The notes under the pieces are model-generated. The model made no database searches, was not told the origin of the DNA, and saw only the letters and a program-made list of their open reading frames with translations. Positions 58,933 to 64,000 of a DNA stretch of 64,000 bases are shown in pieces. Origin of the DNA: Candidatus Omnitrophota bacterium (GTDB lineage Bacteria; Omnitrophota; Gorgyraeia; Tantalellales; Tantalellaceae). The DNA lies in assembly GCA_049643885.1 (NCBI GenBank), contig JBARQV010000031.1, positions 20,949 to 84,948 of the forward strand, read 5' to 3'. Each line of letters starts with the position of its first letter. The first letter of the stretch is position 1. Both the position numbers and the translations under genes were made by a program.

Positions 58933-59002
58933 CACGAACGACGAACTACGACCGACTACCGACGATCGACGAACCACGATCGACGAAATACGACCGACGA
59001 TT
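58933..59002. repeat. 10x tandem heptanucleotide repeat (ACGANCG)
   Basis: acgaacg acgaact acgaccg actaccg acgatcg acgaacc acgatcg acgaaat acgaccg acgattc; perfect 7 nt periodicity over 70 nt in the giant-gene leader. Confidence 0.8.
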
Positions 59003-59003
59003 C

Positions 59004-59059
59004 CGGTCTGGGGTGGTATTAACCAGCGCAGGAGGTTAATACCACCTTTATACCAGACC
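59004..59059. other. leader hairpin (imperfect 22 bp inverted repeat) with AGGAGG in the loop
   Basis: ccggtctggggtggtattaacc ... ggttaataccacctttataccagacc. Confidence 0.5.
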
Positions 59060-59063
59060 ATGT

Positions 59064-59085
59064 ATCCCTTCGCTTCGCTCAGGAT
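59064..59085. repeat. 19 nt motif CCTTCGCTTCGCTCAGGAT (copy 2; copy 1 at 37888-37910)
   Basis: Exact 19 nt match between two intergenic regions. Confidence 0.5.
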
Positions 59086-59095
59086 AATTCGACTA

Positions 59096-59127
59096 GCGGT
59101 TTGCGTTCGCTGTGCTTCGCAAACCGC
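59096..59127. other. perfect 10 bp inverted repeat gcggtttgcg / cgcaaaccgc hairpin
   Basis: Seen directly in the sequence. Confidence 0.5.
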
Positions 59128-59136
59128 AGTCTCATT

Positions 59137-59178
59137 AAAAAAAAGCCAGGCTGACCTTCTTTAGGTAGCCTGGCTTTC
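59137..59178 (-). terminator. intrinsic terminator on the minus strand (A8 - agccaggct...agcctggct)
   Basis: 9 bp GC-rich stem followed by T8 on the minus strand; would terminate a minus-strand transcript starting near 59580. Confidence 0.6.
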
Positions 59179-59499
59179 TAGAAAACAATTTCATCTAGAC
59201 CCTGCGCTTTGCGCCCCTACGTCACCATAGGTTTGCCCCGTTAGAGATTTATCCCGTTAGAGTTTATTTTCTAATGGGATGTTCTCCCTAACGTGGCTCG
59301 CCCCATCATCTCTAACGGGGTTTGCCTTTATCTAGAATTGTATATTATTCTACCACAAATTAAAGTTAGGTCAAGAGAAAGTAAGTTAGCTATTTTATTC
59401 TTAACGGGATGTAAGTTATTTATTCATGTGAGTTAGGGAGGTGTAATTGCCGGATGCACAATACACGTACGAGTTTCTATTTGTGGAACGAAGCATTAA

Positions 59500-59575
59500 C
59501 GGGATATGGGGGTGTTTCGTACGGGAGGATCCACACCAGGCGGAGGGGCCCGGTAGAAACACCCCCATATCCCGT
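59500..59575. repeat. hairpin B carrying conserved 40 nt core copy B (59518-59556) between 19 bp arms
   Basis: cgggatatgggggtgtttcg [core] gaaacacccccatatcccg; the core reverse-complement matches 31359-31399. Confidence 0.6.
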
Positions 59576-59691
59576 ATTAAATTGAGCACAAACCTGTTCT
59601 GATTTTAAAACTAAAACTGTACCCTTTTCTCTGGGGACGGTTTCTAAATTGATCCTAGACCCACCCCTATGTAAATACGTATAATATACAC

Positions 59692-61011
59692 GTGAAAATA
59701 CGGGCTGAAATGAGGAAGATCTTTACGAACGTTTTTGTATTCCTGGTAGTTTTTATTCTGATCTCGGAATGCGCCGATCTTTTCTACGTTTATAAGAACA
59801 CCACCGATATGCCCGGAAAATTCGGATGGGAAGACCGGGCTGACTTCAGCGTGTACTGGGAAGCAGGGTTCAATCTATCTCAAAGGGACATGTCCCACCG
59901 GGACAGGTCAGATTACCCGGTTTACGACCTGAACGAGCCCTTTCATCACTTCAGGTACTCCCCTTTCTTCGCGTTCCTCATGATCCCCTTCGGCATGATC
60001 CGTTATTCGCGTGAAGCTTTGTTCTGGTGGTACTTGCTCCTTAATATCCTGTTCCTGGCATCATTTTTTCTATTTTCAAAAGAACTCCGGTTGGATTTTA
60101 AGGCACGAGAGGGCCAAAGATGTATTGTCATGTGGGCTGCTTTTATCGGGACCCTGAGATACTACCTGATGAACATGAGGCAGGGTCAGACGGATGTCAT
60201 AGTGGCTTTTCTTTTCGCGCTTCTTCTCGTATCCTATCTCAGGGATCGGGATCTTGTATCCGGCCTTATCATTGCCTTGATACTCCAGATGAAACCGTCA
60301 TTTTTTCCTGTTTTGATCTATTTTCTATTCATAAGAAAGATCAGGATCGCCGTATACACGGTTATTATATTCGCCTTGCTGCAGCTTTTGCCGGCGTTCC
60401 TGGTCGGTATTAACGAAGCAGTTATGCTTTTCAAGGAGTGGATCGATATGCTGCGGATGTCGGTCCCGTCGCAGGTCCTTAATTTCAAGAACTATTCCGT
60501 GCCTTATGCCGTAACCGTCCAGCTCATGAAGATCAATGTGATAAGGGCTATTATATCTCCGAGGGCGCTTATCTATGCACTGAGCGCGATATCCGCCCTG
60601 GCTGTTTACGCGCTTACCGCCCGGTTCAGGCGAAGGGTCCTTGAACGTGACGAGAAACGATTCAGGTATCTGGAAATATCTATACTTATAATGACCTCCC
60701 TTCTCTTTTCTTCTTTGACCTGGGAAGCACATTTTACGGCTCTTCTAGTTCCTATCGGGACAGCTGTCTATTTCGCGATGAATAGCAGTAAACAAAAAGT
60801 AATTTACGCCGCCTTGGGCGCGTACCTGGCGCTAAGCCTTTTTGGGACGGATCTTACGACGTGGATCCCCGTAATTGGAGGCGTGAGATTCATTAATATT
60901 TCAATAGCGACGTTTTTCCTGGCATTCGCGGTGGTGTTGGGGTACAGGGACAACATTCTGTCCACCGTCGACAGTCCACAGTCCACGGCGTCAGGTAGAG
61001 GTAGAGATTGA
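59692..61011 (+). CDS. polytopic membrane protein, GT-C-type glycosyltransferase-like (DUF2029/GT87-like)
   Basis: About 12 TM helices; FHHFRYSPFFAFLMIPF motif region typical of DUF2029; the only plus-strand gene. Confidence 0.5.
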   Translation: MKIRAEMRKIFTNVFVFLVVFILISECADLFYVYKNTTDMPGKFGWEDRADFSVYWEAGFNLSQRDMSHRDRSDYPVYDLNEPFHHFRYSPFFAFLMIPFGMIRYSREALFWWYLLLNILFLASFFLFSKELRLDFKAREGQRCIVMWAAFIGTLRYYLMNMRQGQTDVIVAFLFALLLVSYLRDRDLVSGLIIALILQMKPSFFPVLIYFLFIRKIRIAVYTVIIFALLQLLPAFLVGINEAVMLFKEWIDMLRMSVPSQVLNFKNYSVPYAVTVQLMKINVIRAIISPRALIYALSAISALAVYALTARFRRRVLERDEKRFRYLEISILIMTSLLFSSLTWEAHFTALLVPIGTAVYFAMNSSKQKVIYAALGAYLALSLFGTDLTTWIPVIGGVRFINISIATFFLAFAVVLGYRDNILSTVDSPQSTASGRGRD

Positions 61012-61022
61012 TGACGCGGGGA
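60993..61022. repeat. direct repeat copy 1 (includes the last codons and stop of the 59692..61011 gene)
   Basis: aggtagaggtagagattgatgacgcgggga; about 27/30 identical to 61235-61266. Confidence 0.65.
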
Positions 61023-61234
61023 AATTTTCCTTCTGTAAAAACAATAAAATCAAAGGGACCCATACTGGATCCTCGATACTCAAGCGCGTAGCGTAAAGAG
61101 CATAGCGCAGAGCGGTCTGCGGTGGGCGGGCGGCGCTACAGTGTCCGAGCACCGCACAAGCCAGTGGCGCGGAGGCGCGCAGGACACTGAGCGACAGGAC
61201 CCGCCCACTAGATGCTCCACGAACCACACCAGAT
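61023..61234. mobile_element. MITE-like ~212 bp insert flanked by ~30 bp direct repeats and carrying R element copy 2
   Basis: Bracketed by direct repeats 60993-61022 and 61235-61266; contains the structured R2 repeat; no ORF. Confidence 0.3.
61128..61206. repeat. R element copy 2
   Basis: GGGCGGCGCTACAGTGTCCGAGCACCGCACAAGCCAGTGGCGCGGAGGCGCGCAGGACACTGAGCGACAGGACCCGCCC. Confidence 0.7.
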
Positions 61235-61266
61235 AGAGGTATAGGTAGAGATTGATGACGCGGGGA
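61235..61266. repeat. direct repeat copy 2
   Basis: agaggtataggtagagattgatgacgcgggga. Confidence 0.65.
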
Positions 61267-61291
61267 GTTGCCCGATAAATCGGGCAACTAC
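61267..61291. promoter_or_regulatory. palindromic hairpin motif copy 3 (GTTGCCCGA-TAAA-TCGGGCAAC) with a compensatory change
   Basis: Perfect 9 bp palindrome; relative to copies 1 and 2, the T/A pair is replaced by C/G on both arms; overlaps the stop of the 61288..61701 gene. Confidence 0.55.
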
Positions 61292-61701
61292 TTGATGACC
61301 CGGAAGGAATGGAAGCTTCTTCTGCTCTTTCCGACGCCTCGGTAAACTTGCCGCAATGACCAGGTATAGACCTTCCCCGGCAGGAACATTTCCGCGTCCA
61401 GAGAGATCTCATATTTATTGCCTGGAACGCGTTCTTTGAATAACAGTGTGCGTTCGAGCATGTCAAAGCCTTCGTATAACCTGAAGTCGTAATATTTTCT
61501 TCCGAGACGCAAGCCCTCATGCGGGCTCCACTTGAATTCAAGTGCTTCTTTTCCCGAGAGGTTTACTTCTGTTGTGGTAGGCGAGAGCAGTCTGGGCATT
61601 GGGACATAATCGGCCCTGCCACCGTAGCTTGACATGCTTACCTGGGCGTAAGCATAGGTGGCTAGTAATAAGATAGCTGCGGAAAATATCGCCTTTTTCA
61701 T
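61288..61701 (-). CDS. secreted protein, hypothetical
   Basis: Signal peptide MKKAIFSAAILLLATYAYAQ. Confidence 0.45.
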   Translation of the reverse strand: MKKAIFSAAILLLATYAYAQVSMSSYGGRADYVPMPRLLSPTTTEVNLSGKEALEFKWSPHEGLRLGRKYYDFRLYEGFDMLERTLLFKERVPGNKYEISLDAEMFLPGKVYTWSLRQVYRGVGKSRRSFHSFRVIK

Positions 61702-61738
61702 AATATAGATTCCCGCTTTCGCGGGAATGACAACGGGG

Positions 61739-63397
61739 TCATTCTACTGATATGTCCTCTTCCACTTCAAAATGCCTGAAAACTTCAATGTCGCAAGTGA
61801 GTTCCGAGACTTTAAACTGCCCGTCATGCGCCCCTTCATTTACTTTTTTCTCGCGGAATTTCTGGAATTCACCTGATTTTACTACTTTCAGAACAGGATG
61901 GCAGAGCCTTTGGGATCTCCGCTTAGACTCGTATTCGCAATTGGTCTTGCAGAGTTCTTCGTCGATAGATATCAGGAAATCTTTTTTCTTGTGATGCGGC
62001 AGCACTTCGGCAAACTCGACCAGAAAAGAATAACCCACCTTGTCTTCCGTCTGGATGCAGGCGGTAAAAAACCTTAATGGCATCTGGTGTTTCTCTACAG
62101 CCTTGTGGACGGCTTCGACTACCTGGGATTCGTAGAGCTTTTCACCGGTAACCGAAGAAACGTTGAGCCCTTTTTGGACGAATTCGATCACAGGCGTTTT
62201 ATTAAAAAATCCCGTGACGCGTATGATGTCGTCGATGTTATACCTGTACAGGCCCGCCGTCGTGGTCGCGATAATAAAGTATTCTTTGCCGGCTTCCAGC
62301 TGATCACAGAGCAGGATCCGTTTTTTCCGTTTGCCCATATCCTCTTTCAGTATGAATTCGTAAAAATTCGTTTTGATAGCCAAGACGCCACCCGCGCCGG
62401 CATCGCTTACAGGGACAGAACCGCGAAGCTCGCTGGCCAGGTATCCAAAATCCCTGATCGGGATATCACCGAAGTATTTCGGGAATTCCTTTAGATAAAG
62501 ACCTACCGTTCCGCCCTTCCAGCATTCTATCAATCTCATGTTCGGCCAAATGTCTTTTGGCAGCAATTCTCCCTTTTCTTCAAGAATGGCTTTTAACGCG
62601 TGCGCCCTTTCGGAATTCGGCCGTAGGCGTTCATCTATTCGCTCTCTTGTCTCTTCAAGAATATCAAGGTCTTTCTTGAGCATTCCCTTCTCGATGTCTT
62701 CTATGATATCTTCTTTCATCTTATCGATCTTCTGGCACAAAAGGACTATGGTGCTGGGGTTCATGGAGGCTATAGTGGTGATATTTTCTTCCATGGCTAT
62801 TCTAAGGATACAGTAATATTTCGCCTCGTAATCTTTGATCTCGAATACCTCGTAGGGAATAGCGTAAAGGATTTTTACAACGTCGGGCAGGTTTCTGTAC
62901 CCGTGGCCGGACTCAGACCCGAAGGGCGTGCCGGATCCCGTGTATCCTTCTATTTCGGGGCTTACTATCGCGAGTATCTTGCCGTCGAATATATCAGGAT
63001 GGTCTTTTGAAATATAGTAGATCCAGAGGTCCATGACATCGCTCTTTTTTACCCGTGAATAGCCCGTAATAGGAATGAATTTCTGGCGGCCCGTGGTCCC
63101 GCTCGTCGTGCCGAACAGGATAGGCTTATCAACAGTGAGAATGTTCTTTTCGCCCTTTTTCATTTTTTCTATATACGGCTCCAAGGACTCGTAATCGTTC
63201 AAAGGGACGTTTTTCTGGTATTCGTCTATGGTGCTTATGGCGGCGAATTTATGTTCCTGGCCGTACAAGGTCTTCTCGTTGCGCGTAAGGCACTCCAGAA
63301 GGACTTTTTTCTGCGCTTCTATGGGGTCTTTCGTGGCCTCTTCGAACGCCGCTGCTTTAGGCATCAGGATCTTCAGTATGTAATGTATTATGTTCAT
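61739..63397 (-). CDS. GH3 family (auxin-responsive GH3-like) adenylate-forming amido synthetase homolog
   Basis: TTSGTTGRQKFIPIT AMP-binding motif and overall GH3 architecture, 552 aa. Confidence 0.8.
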   Translation of the reverse strand: MNIIHYILKILMPKAAAFEEATKDPIEAQKKVLLECLTRNEKTLYGQEHKFAAISTIDEYQKNVPLNDYESLEPYIEKMKKGEKNILTVDKPILFGTTSGTTGRQKFIPITGYSRVKKSDVMDLWIYYISKDHPDIFDGKILAIVSPEIEGYTGSGTPFGSESGHGYRNLPDVVKILYAIPYEVFEIKDYEAKYYCILRIAMEENITTIASMNPSTIVLLCQKIDKMKEDIIEDIEKGMLKKDLDILEETRERIDERLRPNSERAHALKAILEEKGELLPKDIWPNMRLIECWKGGTVGLYLKEFPKYFGDIPIRDFGYLASELRGSVPVSDAGAGGVLAIKTNFYEFILKEDMGKRKKRILLCDQLEAGKEYFIIATTTAGLYRYNIDDIIRVTGFFNKTPVIEFVQKGLNVSSVTGEKLYESQVVEAVHKAVEKHQMPLRFFTACIQTEDKVGYSFLVEFAEVLPHHKKKDFLISIDEELCKTNCEYESKRRSQRLCHPVLKVVKSGEFQKFREKKVNEGAHDGQFKVSELTCDIEVFRHFEVEEDISVE

Positions 63398-63401
63398 GAT
63401 C

Positions 63402-64000
63402 TTACCTCCCCAAAGTCGCTTTGTTCACTGTGTATTTTTCCAGGACATTATCCAAAACGTGTATACCGAGACCGGGGCCATCTATCGTTCCCGCTTTTCC
63501 TCCCCAGGCGAACGTCATGTTCTCTTTTGTAACGTCTTCCTTCAAGAGGAACTTCCCGTACGAACCTTCGAAATATTCTATGTCTTCAAATCCGCGGGCG
63601 AAATGCCTTCCCGCGGCCGAAAGGACACCCGATTCCCCTACCTGGCATCCCAGCTGGTAACGGAGCTGACTGTTTTTAGCTATGCCGGCTATTTTAAACG
63701 CGTTAAGCAATCCCCCGCATTTTGAGATCCGGATATTGAACATGTTACACGCTTTCTCGGAAGATAATCTCTTCGCGTCCTCGATCGTCCGCAGGGATTC
63801 ATCCGCAATGATGGCCTCGGGGACGGACCCGGTGACTTTCTTAAGGCCTTCTATATCATCCGCCTTGACAGGCTGTTCGACGGCGCTTATATCGAACAAC
63901 CTCAGTTCGCCGATATTTTTTATCGCCTCATCGGCGCTCCAGGCGCAATTAGCGTCGATCCTTATGTCCGTCTTTTCTCCCAGGATCTTGCGGATAATAT
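63402..64000 (-). CDS. enolase-superfamily enzyme (MR/MLE, dipeptide-epimerase-like), C-terminal part; gene continues beyond window end
   Basis: IRIDANCAW...KLRYQLGCQVGESGV...; the reading frame is open to the window edge. Confidence 0.7.
   Translation of the reverse strand, partial: IIRKILGEKTDIRIDANCAWSADEAIKNIGELRLFDISAVEQPVKADDIEGLKKVTGSVPEAIIADESLRTIEDAKRLSSEKACNMFNIRISKCGGLLNAFKIAGIAKNSQLRYQLGCQVGESGVLSAAGRHFARGFEDIEYFEGSYGKFLLKEDVTKENMTFAWGGKAGTIDGPGLGIHVLDNVLEKYTVNKATLGR

Noticed and set aside
58933-59002. CRISPR array
   Set aside because: The unit is only 7 nt, with no spacers and no cas genes. It is a microsatellite-type tandem repeat.
58843-59061. 73-codon N-terminal extension of the giant ORF (longest-ORF start at 59061)
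   Set aside because: The extension is translated through the heptad repeat array, the palindromic hairpins and a 56 nt hairpin. ATG 58842 has a good SD and begins a signal-anchor.
61040-61215. tRNA-like gene in the MITE-like insert (tagcgcagagcggt resembles a D-arm)
   Set aside because: No T-loop GGTTCGAATCC, no 7 bp acceptor pairing and no cloverleaf-compatible spacing.

Overview
This 64 kb window is a low-GC bacterial contig with long Lys-rich proteins and Fe-S/anaerobe-type genes, possibly Omnitrophota-like (inference). It is almost entirely coded on the minus strand, with about 60 genes. The only convincing plus-strand gene is 59692..61011. No rRNA, tRNA, tmRNA, RNase P, SRP RNA or CRISPR array was found.

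Recognisable blocks, in order:
- glpK (partial) and an alpha/beta hydrolase.
- An envelope-stress unit: ECF sigma factor, zf-HC2 anti-sigma factor, Spy/CpxP-like protein, glycine-zipper protein and a receiver + degenerate HD-GYP pair. Three GGAACTT-N16-GTCTAA promoters drive it.
- tsaA, methyltransferases, a radical SAM gene, and a J-domain protein translationally coupled to a DUF5320-like zinc-ribbon protein.
- A Fur-headed operon: DUF5320, 2x NifX/NifB-C-like, 2x MinD-type ATPases with 4Fe-4S inserts, and an FAD disulfide oxidoreductase.
- An ArsR unit with an orphan LysW-like zinc-ribbon protein.
- MFS transporter, PurD-like ATP-grasp paralog, glycosidase, MsrAB, hemerythrin, MscS, an IS110 insertion and cspA.
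- Membrane/envelope genes: AsmA-like, DUF2062, CPBP protease, plsC, a receiver-histidine kinase hybrid, PilZ, small lipoprotein paralogs and a Ca-type P-type ATPase.
- An aspartate 4-decarboxylase + AspT-family antiporter pair.
- Then GH3 and enolase-superfamily genes.

The outstanding feature is a 12.8 kb gene (46051..58842) for a membrane-anchored giant protein of about 4263 aa. It has two ClpB-like AAA+ modules, each with a degenerate NBD1 and an intact NBD2, followed by an NHL beta-propeller, many WD40-like repeats and an unknown C-terminal domain. Its 5' leader is unusually elaborate: a 10x heptanucleotide tandem array, two copies of a covarying palindromic hairpin, further hairpins and a divergent intrinsic terminator. 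Several short repeat families recur in the long intergenic regions around it (31.3-31.7 kb, 45.3-46.0 kb, 59.1-59.7 kb, 61.0-61.3 kb). One of these is a ~220 bp MITE-like insert flanked by a ~30 bp direct repeat.
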